A stretch of DNA of 64,000 nt from Piedraia hortae CBS 480.64 (lineage: Eukaryota). This document shows positions 1-9,877 of the stretch, piece after piece. Position 1 is the stretch's first letter; each line of letters starts with the position of its first letter. Under the pieces are notes generated by a model. The model was not told where the DNA came from. It saw nothing but the letters and a program-made list of their open reading frames with translations, and did not search any database. The stretch lies in assembly GCA_010093745.1 (NCBI GenBank), contig MU005969.1, forward strand, positions 246,334 through 310,333, given 5' to 3'. A program made the position numbers and the translations under genes.

Positions 1-230
1 CGGAAAACTAGTTGACGCGTGAAGTCGAGAGCCGAGCGACGGTTACTAATAATGCGCGTAATATACCGCATATTCACAACAATATGATATGTGACTTTGT
101 GACACATGTAAAACAGCAGCAAAAACGAGTGGCGGAGAACAGAGGATGAAGTGCAGACGTGAAACAACGATAGCAGCGATATATTTACATCCGCCATGCC
201 AGCCCCGCTTTATAATGCCAACCCCTCAAA

Positions 231-404
231 AACTTGTCACAACATTTGTCAGTTGCCACAAATTGTGGCGAAACTGTTTTCAGAGTATCGAGACTTGCTA
301 CAAGTCGTCAGGCATTTTGTGGCAAGTTGCGCTCACATCACTGACAAGTTGCAGCAAGTCGTGATACATCTTGCCGCAAGTCGTTCAGACAGTCGCAGCA
401 AGTT
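231..404. repeat. Array of about 7 imperfect, semi-palindromic 13-mers (consensus roughly ACTTGCNRCAAGT)
   Basis: Units include aacttgtcacaac (231), agttgccacaaat (251), acttgctacaagtc (293), tttgtggcaagtt (317), gttgcagcaagtc (348), cttgccgcaagtc (370) and gtcgcagcaagtt (392). The last three are exactly 22 bp apart. Confidence 0.6.
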
Positions 405-591
405 TCTACGATTGATGGCAATGGTGATGGCGAGATACCGTAGTCTACCTCGTTGTCATGTACCTATTTAAGTTAAAGGGGACGAAGTGATAGCGTGAGT
501 ACACTGAAACGTTAATATTTGTATAGTTCTCTATACTGCATACATGAGGGGACGTTGTTCATGGTCATCACGTGACATATTCTTCAATTAT

Positions 592-1200
592 TTATCTGCT
601 CACGGTGTATGACGATGCATAACTGCGTCTCAATGGCGCGCCTGGTGTAACCGCTCTGGCAATCACGTCGGCGTCTTTGTCCGTGGCAGAAACCCAGCTG
701 TTCTGCTGCATGTCGTCTCGAAGAAGCGTACACCTGTACACATCATCAGTGAAATGGTCGATACAGACTGAGAACAATGCCGTTCTGCTTACGGCAGCTT
801 TGATTTACTGGTGTGCCTCGGGAAGATCGGCGAATTTCTTACCGGCACCCGTGAAGAATACACGGTCGGACAGGTCGCCTGAAACCGCCTTAAAGTGCTG
901 GGTATGATAGTTAGCGAGCAACTCCTCAACAGAAGCCTTTCCATATAACTACACCGCAGCAGCGTACAGCTGGGCTGGGGTGCTGTCCGTTGCAGATCCT
1001 GTCTCCGAAGGCTTGCCGTCAACGACCCGCACAATCTCCCACAGCGGCTCGGCGATGTTCACTTTGCTGAGCTGAAACTTTAGCTTGTTCATATAGTCCT
1101 TGGTTAGATACTGATCGGACAAAGGCTCAGGTGAGGTTGAAATCCAGCTCTTTGATCAGAACACTCGGAGCGCATGTTCGGTATATTTATATGGTATGAC
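592..1200 (-). pseudogene. Probable pseudogene of an unrecognised protein
   Basis: One minus-strand frame reads as protein-like for about 200 codons (...QYLTKDYMNKLKFQLSKVNIAEPLWEIVRVVDG...KASVEELLANYHTQHFKAVSGDLSDRVFFTGAGKKFADLPEAHQ*IKAAVSRTALFSVCIDHF...). It has only 3 internal stops: TGA 1158-1156, TAG 951-949 and TAA 807-805. Confidence 0.45.
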
Positions 1201-2215
1201 ATTTCGCCTGCAAAACAAACTTTTGATAGCGTATACATTGTAGACCTAAAACCGCTATGAACATTTTTCTTGCGCATATTAATCCTTCCTCGTTAAAGGC
1301 AAGTTCTGCGAAACAGATTGATATCGGCGCCTTTCTGCATTGCAGGTGATTGCAAAGTCTTTGGAATCAAGTTGATCGAAAATCAATTAGACTACTTGAC
1401 CGCATAATTGGCATGATTGGCATGATTTAAGATGAAGAATATTGAGATCAACTGACGCAGGTCTGGCCGCGTCTATTACGGTAAACTTTCATCTTCCTCT
1501 TCGAAACACCACTGCATGCCCCCCCGCAACCAGCCAGATTCCAGGGTAGCGTAGGGTCACGTTAGAGGATGTGGTCTCGGCGAATATGGTCAGGACGTAC
1601 GGGAATGTGGGTCGGCTTTGGCACACAAGTCTAAAGACTAGGGGAAGTGAGGGGTATATCCGTGGTTGCGGCTCCGCTTCCACCACGTCCTCCTCCTTCT
1701 TGGTGAACATCGTTCTCGAAAACGACCTTTGTGTGATTGTTATCATCATACTGATTTCAATCACACAAATTGTAGCTTAGCTTGCTCGAGCTACAATTTT
1801 CGTTCGAACCCTAATAAATTTCTTTCCTGTTGTGGGGGAGACTTCGGCAGCCCCCTTTGGGTGGATGCAGCTACTTTCGCGTCTCATGATTTCTCTTTTG
1901 AAAGGACCAATTAGAAGATGCCATTAATGTTCAAGTCGACCCGTAATTGGATATACAGTATCCGCGATTGCGGCTCCATGTCACGGAACGAACGTCGATC
2001 TCACGTGACGAGGCGAGCGACCTCATTTCTCTCTGACTTCTTCCCTAAGGAACAACTCAGCCATTAGTTAGGTGTTGTGTTCCATATCACGACCGTAACA
2101 ATCCGCCTATAAATTGAACTCGGCAAGCTGAGCCAATTACCCCGCACTCCCAATCCGTCCTAGAGCCCACATATCATCTTACCCATGTCCCGAAACCACT
2201 TACCGCGAGCGAACG

Positions 2216-3274
2216 ATGGTAGCGCGCACATTCTCTCTAGGGGCGCGATCTTCTCTCCAACGAATGGCTCCTTCTTTGGATCTCACTAAGACCATGCTGG
2301 AACGGATCATTCCTCCGGTATTTGGCTACATGAGCCCCGTCCCATCGTTCAATCTCCAAATGACACTCCAAGACCACATCCCACGGGGGCATCAAACGCT
2401 TCCGAGTTCCCCAACAACAATCTCCAGAACTCCCCTCCCACCAGCCCACCATATGGTTTACTTCGAGCCATGTCTCCCGTCAAACTCCCTCCTCCCAGAT
2501 GGAACGAACCCGGCCCAAAGCCCAGGACTACCCTGGAAAAGACGTATGTGGGCCGGCGGTAGGGTGGTCTATAACGACGGGGTACAGTCGCTTGAGCTGA
2601 CGGGACAGAGGGCCGTTTGTGCAGAGTTTATTCGGAATGTGACGTTTCGCGGGAGGGAGGGCGGGGAGCAGAAGGTCTTCGTGGATGTCGAGAGGCGGAT
2701 TGCCAATGCGGTTGAAGCAGAGGATGGGATTTTTCATGAAGAAGATGGCGAGGGTTACAGGTCCATCCTTCATAGGGTGAGACAGAGGTTGTGGAGGGAA
2801 AGTCCTGATGATTTGGGACCATGTGCACTTGTCGAGACGAGGACGTTGGTTTTCCTTACAGAGGAATCTTCCCAGGGATCCACGAAGGAAGAGAAGATTC
2901 TCAGACCACCCCGGCAAGATGCAATGTGGACATATACAATTACCCCTGACGCTACGTTGCTGTTCAGGTTCTCCGCCCTAACGAATAATGCGCACGCGAT
3001 ACATCTCGATAGAGAGTATTGTAGGACTGTGGAGGGACATAGAAATTTGTTGCTCCATGGGCCGCTGACTTATGTTCTTATGATGACCCTCTTGGAGCCG
3101 TATCTGCATGGGAAGAGGATCAGATTGGCAGAGTATAGGAACCTCGCGCCCTTGTATGCCAACGAGTCTGTTACTTTTTGCGGGGCACCGAGCGGGAGGG
3201 AGGGGAAATGGGATGTTTGGGCTTTGAACCCCAAGGGCGGGTTGGCTGTTAAGGGGTCTGTGATTGCTGAGTAA
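2216..3274 (+). CDS. HTD2: Hydroxyacyl-thioester dehydratase type 2-like (HTD2/MaoC double hot-dog) protein
   Basis: 352-aa ORF with LPPAHHMVYF, LLPDGT, RRMWAGG, LLFRFSALTNNAHAIHLDREYC, LLLHGPLT and YRNLAPLY motifs typical of fungal HTD2-like dehydratases. The N-terminus is Arg/Ser-rich like a mitochondrial presequence. Confidence 0.8.
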   Translation: MVARTFSLGARSSLQRMAPSLDLTKTMLERIIPPVFGYMSPVPSFNLQMTLQDHIPRGHQTLPSSPTTISRTPLPPAHHMVYFEPCLPSNSLLPDGTNPAQSPGLPWKRRMWAGGRVVYNDGVQSLELTGQRAVCAEFIRNVTFRGREGGEQKVFVDVERRIANAVEAEDGIFHEEDGEGYRSILHRVRQRLWRESPDDLGPCALVETRTLVFLTEESSQGSTKEEKILRPPRQDAMWTYTITPDATLLFRFSALTNNAHAIHLDREYCRTVEGHRNLLLHGPLTYVLMMTLLEPYLHGKRIRLAEYRNLAPLYANESVTFCGAPSGREGKWDVWALNPKGGLAVKGSVIAE

Positions 3275-3475
3275 CCACACGGAGGATTTTTGTTCGTTGA
3301 ATGTGTAAACAACATCAAGGAAGAGAGAGAACAGCGTGAACAGTGTCGTGAGTAAATGAATTAGTGATGATATCTACCAGGTGAACGACACAACACGTTC
3401 GACGCGACTTAGGACATCTCAACCGCAGCAACTCCACACAACTCTCAAGTATATATGTACTGTGTGGATTTTATT

Positions 3476-5317
3476 TCAATTGTGAGATACTAGAAAATTA
3501 GAAGCAGTGCCAACGACTGCTAGAACGGCGCTGATACCAATGAGTACAATGTCCATGATTCGATGCCAGGGGCTTAACGTGTTCCAGTAAAGCTTCAGGT
3601 GGAACGCGCACGGCAGGATGATGCAGACTGTGAAGCAGGCTATGGCGCCCATCAGACTCATGATGGTGTCAAACTGTGGGACGAGGATTGCAAGGAGGAC
3701 AAACACCACAGGACAGGCAACGCGGAGGACGAACCTGAGTATGCCGCGTGTATAGCCTGTCATCCCTGTTATTGGTTGTGCATTTGCCAAGGCGCGCTGG
3801 TCAAGGCCGAGGAGGACCTCCAGTGTGCTGACAATGGGATGGGCGTTGAGTGGGATCTTGGTGACGGGTATTATGGCCACACAGACGATGATGACCATGT
3901 TAAGAAAATGCGGGTAGCCTTGTGTGGTAAGAATGTTTCGTGTGATCTCATCGGCTACGCCATCACCAAACATGAGGTATCCGATGACGGCCATCGAAAT
4001 GTCGATGGTGAAGGCAAACATGTAGGTAATGTTTACGCCACGGCGGTATTTGTATGGTTTTCGCATATCACGATATATGTTGGGAAAGACGGCATGGCCG
4101 CCCCATGGCGACATCAAAATGCCAAAAGACACAGGCAGCGTCTTCCAGTCTTCTGGCCACATGTAGGTTCGTGCTGGCTCATGGATGCTGCCTGGATGAT
4201 GGGGTTTGACCAGACCGTCTATCCATACAGTCAGCACAATCAAACTGCAGCTGAAGATGCCGAGGATGCTCGTGAAGGAAAGGAAGCGCAAGGGAACAAA
4301 GCCAAAAGGTATCAGAATCAAACCGCACAGCAGTTTCCACTCGGTTACCCCCCATCCAGGAATTAGGGCATTCAGCGAGTCGGCAAAAAGGACGACAAAC
4401 GCAACGCAGGCTGCCACCAGTTCGAGACAGAACAAGAGCGATATAATTGCTCGAGCCCATTGTCCGAAAGAGACGAATGCCAAATCGGCAAAGGTGACGA
4501 GGCTAATGTCAACATCAGCGCATTTGGCCAGCAACTTTGCCGTGTAAGAGGTGGCGGCGGCAGCAAAGCAAAGGAAGATGAGCCCAGGGATCCAGCCGGC
4601 TAATCTCAATGCTAAAGGCAGCGCCAACAAGCCAATGCCAATGAGGACATTTGCGCTGTTGAAGATCATCTGCGGTAATGTCGACTGTCCAACAACCACA
4701 TTGACAACCGTTCCATCGTCCTCTTGTACCTGCCGCACCCGGAGCGGCTCACGCTCTTTGTTCCTCTCGACGCTTTGAATTTGCGGGCGTAGAGAACGTG
4801 GTGGATGACGATGAGATGGCTCCATGGTCGAAGCACCGGAACCCCAGCTGGTCCCATAACTGCCTCCTAAACCCGATCTAATCGAGGGCTCTACGACGAA
4901 ATCCCTCTCTCGCTCTATCAGCGGTTGTCTCTCGTCATCAACAACCCTGTTCCTTGAGCTTGCCCTGTTGCGCGAGCTGTCGCGCTCGATGGCGGCAGCC
5001 AGCAATGACTTTCCTCTCGGCGTGCTTTGGACGGTGCGCCGTCCATAGTCATCTTCTGATCCCTCTTCGTCGTCCTCGTAACGGAACGCGGGCCTTACGG
5101 GGGTAACCTCGAAGAACCCCGCCGCTCTCTGCCACGAACGAGCAAAATTGTCCAGGCTATTAGCACCGCCAGCTTGTCTGAGCTGTTGGACACGATGGGC
5201 CATGGCAGACTGATGGCGGCGGAGATGGAGGTCCTCACCATTATTGTCGCCCCGCTCCACCGAGCAATCATCGTCAGTGTGCTCAGTCGATGCTGAGGCT
5301 ATAGAGGAGCGCGCCAT
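3476..5317 (-). CDS. Vacuolar amino acid transporter (Aa_trans family, AVT1-like)
   Basis: 613-aa ORF with a hydrophilic N-terminus (NSLDNFARSWQRAAGF) followed by GQSTLPQMIFNSANVLIGIGLLALP, about 11 hydrophobic segments and MSPWGGHAVFPNIYRDM. Confidence 0.9.
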   Translation of the reverse strand: MARSSIASASTEHTDDDCSVERGDNNGEDLHLRRHQSAMAHRVQQLRQAGGANSLDNFARSWQRAAGFFEVTPVRPAFRYEDDEEGSEDDYGRRTVQSTPRGKSLLAAAIERDSSRNRASSRNRVVDDERQPLIERERDFVVEPSIRSGLGGSYGTSWGSGASTMEPSHRHPPRSLRPQIQSVERNKEREPLRVRQVQEDDGTVVNVVVGQSTLPQMIFNSANVLIGIGLLALPLALRLAGWIPGLIFLCFAAAATSYTAKLLAKCADVDISLVTFADLAFVSFGQWARAIISLLFCLELVAACVAFVVLFADSLNALIPGWGVTEWKLLCGLILIPFGFVPLRFLSFTSILGIFSCSLIVLTVWIDGLVKPHHPGSIHEPARTYMWPEDWKTLPVSFGILMSPWGGHAVFPNIYRDMRKPYKYRRGVNITYMFAFTIDISMAVIGYLMFGDGVADEITRNILTTQGYPHFLNMVIIVCVAIIPVTKIPLNAHPIVSTLEVLLGLDQRALANAQPITGMTGYTRGILRFVLRVACPVVFVLLAILVPQFDTIMSLMGAIACFTVCIILPCAFHLKLYWNTLSPWHRIMDIVLIGISAVLAVVGTASNFLVSHN

Positions 5318-5908
5318 TGTGTGTGTCGCACCATCCGTTCCTACTTAAGGAGAATCCGGGGCGGCGCTTGCATGGATTGGCAATGCAGCGGATCGATAGC
5401 GAACTCTATCTAGGGTTTGATGGCTGTGAACCGGCGTGCGAACCGCTCAAACGGGCATATGATAGTCAGCCGTCAGCCCGTCAGCCAGTCAGCCAGATAT
5501 CAGATGTCTTACCACAAGTTTGGGAAGAGGTGCTTGAGCGAGGAGCGGATTAAGGAGGCCATGGTGTTGAGTGGCAACCGCGAAATCTTGTATCGCACAT
5601 AGGCGCAGGCGGGGTTCGCCATATCTTATCTATACCTACCGACATACAACTATGTAGTTGGCCGGATCGTAGGAAAGAGCCCAGGAATAGATGTACATCC
5701 CTGCCTCATTAATTGACGTAGATGGACCAAGTGAGCTTGAAAATGTTAGCCACCACATCCAATCGCATTGAAACCTTCGGGCATCCCAGAACGGTTAAGT
5801 GCGTAACAATTCATTCCGAATTACCCACTACATAACATTATAGGTATAACAAAATATCCTAACACGCACACCGTAGCCGCAAAAGCACTACCCGGTGCGA
5901 GTACAGAT

Positions 5909-6775
5909 ATGCCGCCACCGGAAAGAATTAGCTATCTGGGCCCTGCGTACTCATACACCTGGGAAGCAGCACAATGCTTAATTCCGGATGGGGGGCAAAC
6001 CGTACCAAAGCCAACCATTGCACAGATTTTCAGCTCCGTGTGCCAAGGCGAAGCGGGACTGGGCATCGTTCCATTTGAAAACTCATCCAATGGGAGCGTA
6101 CACGTCACTCTGGACCTGCTCCGCGACTGTATCCAGGGGACCTACGACTCCATTCAAGTCAAAGGCGAGGTTCAGGTCCCCGTGCGACACTGTTTGGCGG
6201 TGAAAAAGTCTGAAACAACCACGACGGAGATTAAGAAGGTGTACACTCACCCGCAAGCGTGGGGCCAGTGCAAGACTTTTCTCGCAACACTACCACAAGA
6301 AACAGAGAGAATAGACACCTCGTCTACGTCTCGCGCCGCCGAATTGGTAGCAGCTTCTGCGGACGGAGACAGCGTGGCGGCAATCTGCTCCCGATCAGCG
6401 GCCAAAGGGTACGATCTGACCATCTCAAAGGAAGGTATCGAGGATCGACCTGGTAACGGCACGCGGTTCCTCGTTCTCGAGCATAGTGGGCGGGGATCTG
6501 CACCACCAGCACCCCCGGAAGATGGCCAGGTCAAGTCGCTAATTGCATTTACGGTGCGGGAGGATGCACCGGGCGCACTTGCAGCAGCCTTGGCCGTCTT
6601 CCACAACCACGGACTGAACCTGACGAGTATCAATTCGCGGCCAAGCGGAGAAAGCAACTGGAACTACTGCTTCTTCGTCGAGTGTGTTTCGCCCAATACA
6701 GTGCTGGATGTGACCATGCGAGACCTTGGAACATCGACAAGAGAATGCAAGTGGCTTGGCTCATGGAAGGTTTGA
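5909..6775 (+). CDS. PHA2: Prephenate dehydratase
   Basis: YLGPAYSYT, VPFENSSNGSV, YTHPQAWGQC, NGTRFLV (TRF motif) and a C-terminal ACT domain with NLTSINSRPS. Confidence 0.93.
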   Translation: MPPPERISYLGPAYSYTWEAAQCLIPDGGQTVPKPTIAQIFSSVCQGEAGLGIVPFENSSNGSVHVTLDLLRDCIQGTYDSIQVKGEVQVPVRHCLAVKKSETTTTEIKKVYTHPQAWGQCKTFLATLPQETERIDTSSTSRAAELVAASADGDSVAAICSRSAAKGYDLTISKEGIEDRPGNGTRFLVLEHSGRGSAPPAPPEDGQVKSLIAFTVREDAPGALAAALAVFHNHGLNLTSINSRPSGESNWNYCFFVECVSPNTVLDVTMRDLGTSTRECKWLGSWKV

Positions 6776-6852
6776 AGAAAGATTCTAGAAGAATTCTGCA
6801 ATCATTACAAGACCAAGGAGAAAAGGGTATCACTCTGCTTTGGGCTTGACAT

Positions 6853-7400
6853 CTACTCCTCGCTCTTCCTCTTCTTTTGCTCCACCTTGAGCAGCAGAGC
6901 TCTATTGATATGCGGCAGGACTCCTCCGAAGGCGATGGTGGCGCGAATCAACGTGTCCAGTTCTTCATCGCCGCGAATTGCAAGTTGCAGATGGCGCGGT
7001 GTGATGCGCTTCACCTTGAGGTCCTTAGCAGCATTTCCCGCCAGCTCCAACACCTCTGCTGTCAAATACTCGAGCACGGCCGTGACGTAAACTGCGGCTT
7101 TGACACCGACACGCATCTTGTTCTGCGTTTGCGATTTGAGGAAGCGCTTCACACGACCGCAGGGGAACTGGCCGCCTGTCAGCAACCGCATGGTTGGCGC
7201 ATTGGTCGCAAAACATACCTGAAGACCAGCCCTGGCAGAATGCGATTTCTGCGTTTTACCCACGACATCAACTCCAGCCTTTCCTCCCGTCTTGCCGCCA
7301 GTTTTGCCTACAGCCAGTCAACAACAGGTTCGTCGATAAATCAAAGGAGTTGGTGAAGTTGTTAGGGGGAAGAGAGGCACTGACCTTTTCCACCCGCCAT
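6853..7400 (-). CDS. HTZ1: Histone H2A.Z (3 exons)
   Basis: The spliced product is [17 protein letters not shown]...[21 protein letters not shown]...[59 protein letters not shown] is at 7400, followed by two short GT-AG introns with CTGAC branch sites. Confidence 0.96.
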
Positions 7401-7561
7401 TTGATTTTGTTGCTATGAGATAAGCACGGACTGTTGACGCGTTGTATTCTGCACGTTCAAAATATTGGGCGACGCGTTGTGTGGGGGTTGGTGTTTTGGG
7501 AATTGGGATTTGATTAGGGTTCAAGGCACCTGCACAGACCGCCTATGACGTAATTATTCCA

Positions 7562-8695
7562 TCACTGCGCCTTCTTGCCTTCATACGATCGGTCGTCTTC
7601 GCCTTCCACTTCCAGCACTACGCGTTCCATCTCCTTCTGCTGTCGCGCCCATTCGGCCGCGCTCATCTTGGTCTCTTTGTAAAAGAGTTCCATGTTGGGC
7701 TTGCGGTAGCTTCCGCCAAGACGGTCCCAGAGGGTCGTGAACTGGCCGTAGTTGTAGTTGAAGTATAGGTGGTGCATCGTGTGACAGGCGGCGCCGTTAA
7801 TAACGGGCGAGTTGGCAACATACTCGCCGTCGTGGATGATGACGGTCCAAATCTGGATAAAGGTGAAAAGCAGGATGTAGGCAAACTTGTGCAAGGGAAA
7901 CAGAAAGGGGAAGACGTGGTAGGGCAGGCTCTGAGCGTAGCCGTCAAGGGGATGGAAAGCAATGCTGGCGTAAGGCGTGGGCATGATCCACTTGTGGTGC
8001 GGTTTGTGGAGATGCTTGTACACGATCGGATGATGCAGCCCGCGGTGGATCCAGTAGATGCAAAAGTCAGTAAACAGGATAAACAGCGGGAACTGAATCC
8101 AGTTGTACGCCTTCCCGAACACTGTGAGGAACGGATGGGCAAAGCCAGCGTTTGCAACGTCGTTATACATAAACGACCATCCGCGACACTCGGCAATGAA
8201 CCAAGGCACCGTGAGCGCCGTCATCATCGGCATTGATGTTGTCGCCTGTTTGATCTCCAAGCGGATCTGATTTTTGAGGTATTTAGGGTGCTTGAAGGTG
8301 TCATGATCAAAGACAAAGAGGTAAGACAAGGTCGAGGCGGTAAAGTAGAGGATGTTGGCCATAATTCTGCACCAGTCAGTTCTGTCCACTGGATAACAAC
8401 GGACGACTTACATGGTCAAAATGTAAAGGCTGAGAAATTGGCGCACAATGTTGTCCCGATCCCACCGGCTCATCCATGCATATTCGCTCGGCGGGAAATA
8501 GAAGTAGTCTGTGGCTGGCTTGTACTGCCATGCTGATCGTCCCAGACTACCCAGCGCCACTTCTTGGGTGACTGTGGCGTTAATGTGTTCGCCCTTCGAC
8601 GCTGACAGGACCGGCGCAAAGGTAGTGGCCGGAAGGAGTCGAGCATAGAGCTTATCAAGGAAAAAGGTATCGCAAACCTCGAGGACAATGTCCAT
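7562..8695 (-). CDS. ERG3: C-5 sterol desaturase (2 exons; intron 8367-8411)
   Basis: Starts [14 protein letters not shown] and carries the His boxes HRGLH, HKPHHKW and HTMHH, plus [20 protein letters not shown] 45-nt GTAAGT...CTGAC...CAG intron joins the two ORFs in frame. Confidence 0.95.
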
Positions 8696-8908
8696 GACCA
8701 GGATGCAAGATGCGTGGGCTCGCTACCAAACAATTGCAATGAACAAAAACGGCTGTAAGTTGGTTTTAGGTGATGTCGAATTTGCGAACGTCAAATGTCG
8801 TCCCAAATACAGTACAGCCAGGCACCAGGGCTCAACATCAAGCTCGGCATTTGCGAACCCTAAGCAGGGACCAGGACCCACCTGCTGTCACAATGTCCAT
8901 GAAACAGG

Positions 8909-9796
8909 TCAATCTGGCTGTGAGAAGCCGACATCTCTGCCAGATCCCATGTCCACCAACCGTCTCTGCATTTCCTTAGCCAGACAAGCCATTTCGCCCA
9001 AGTCCCCAAAGTCACACTCTGCAGCCCAATCCCCGATTCCATGCTGAAGAATGTTTCTTGCGCGGGCACGATCGTCATGACTAGTTGTGCCCATACTTCC
9101 GTGCAGCGTCATGCGTTGCACTGAGCTGTCATAGACGCCCCGGTGCAAAATGTTATTGTTATACAGGACAATGTCCCCGGGGTCCATCAAAATTGTACTC
9201 GCACCAGGTAGGTCTACTGCATGAGGATCCGCATCCCTTTCTGCAGGAGTCCTAGGTCTCTTGTGGCTACCAGGAACGACAACAAGGGAACTATCTGGGT
9301 AAAGTGCTAGGTTCCATTGCGCATGTGTCATAGACCTTGCGAGTCGCTCCATCTCTTCCTCTGGCGACGCTCCCGGCGGGATGTCATCCCGATGCCAGCG
9401 GAGAGAGAAGCTCGTGGGTGGAGTTACAAGCATGTTGTAAAGCTCCATAATCAGATCATTTTGGGTGCACTGAAGCAATGTCGTGACGAAGGCAATGATT
9501 TTCTTGTTGAAATAGCTCTCCCCAAATACCTTCCGGTCTTCGGCGGGCATGGAAGGGTGCAAAAGGTGCTGAACGCCCCATATGCCCTTGTCAGATATGT
9601 CCTCAACTGGCCACGGTGGAAATTGTCTTGGTACCGTTCTGACGTACTTCCATTGTCCGTCACGACCTCTTCGAGTCGCACGTGCTGCGGCAACGCGAAG
9701 CTTTTCCACTTCGTCGTCTGTGAACGCGCGTGTAATTTGGACGAAACCGTCTCGAGCAAGTGCCGCGCAAAGTTCTTCTGCTGAAATCATATCCAT
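8909..9796 (-). CDS. Phytanoyl-CoA dioxygenase (PhyH) family 2OG-Fe(II) oxygenase
   Basis: LARDGFV, RTVPRQFPPW, IWGVQHLLHP, the WHRDD HxD motif, VVPGSHKRPRT and NILHRGVY. The probable ATG is 9796 because the upstream ORF extension overlaps VPS45. Confidence 0.85.
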   Translation of the reverse strand: MDMISAEELCAALARDGFVQITRAFTDDEVEKLRVAAARATRRGRDGQWKYVRTVPRQFPPWPVEDISDKGIWGVQHLLHPSMPAEDRKVFGESYFNKKIIAFVTTLLQCTQNDLIMELYNMLVTPPTSFSLRWHRDDIPPGASPEEEMERLARSMTHAQWNLALYPDSSLVVVPGSHKRPRTPAERDADPHAVDLPGASTILMDPGDIVLYNNNILHRGVYDSSVQRMTLHGSMGTTSHDDRARARNILQHGIGDWAAECDFGDLGEMACLAKEMQRRLVDMGSGRDVGFSQPD

Positions 9797-9877
9797 TGCG
9801 TTGGTGTGTGTCGAGCACGGCCCTGAAACGCGACATGTAAAATCCATGAGGCTGTAGGAAAATACACACAAATCGCA

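Noticed and set aside
568..2009. TCACGTGAC motifs at 568 and 2001 (Cbf1/CDEI-like)
   Set aside because: These are isolated bHLH-type sites with no AT-rich CDEII/CDEIII context, so there is no support for a centromere or specific function.
3599..4366. 255-aa + strand ORF within the amino acid transporter
   Set aside because: It is an antisense shadow of a hydrophobic, well-supported minus-strand gene.
7095..7150. H2A.Z substitutions (RVGVKAAVY where RVGAKAAVY is more usual)
   Set aside because: These are minor substitutions in an otherwise canonical H2A.Z and do not suggest a new variant.
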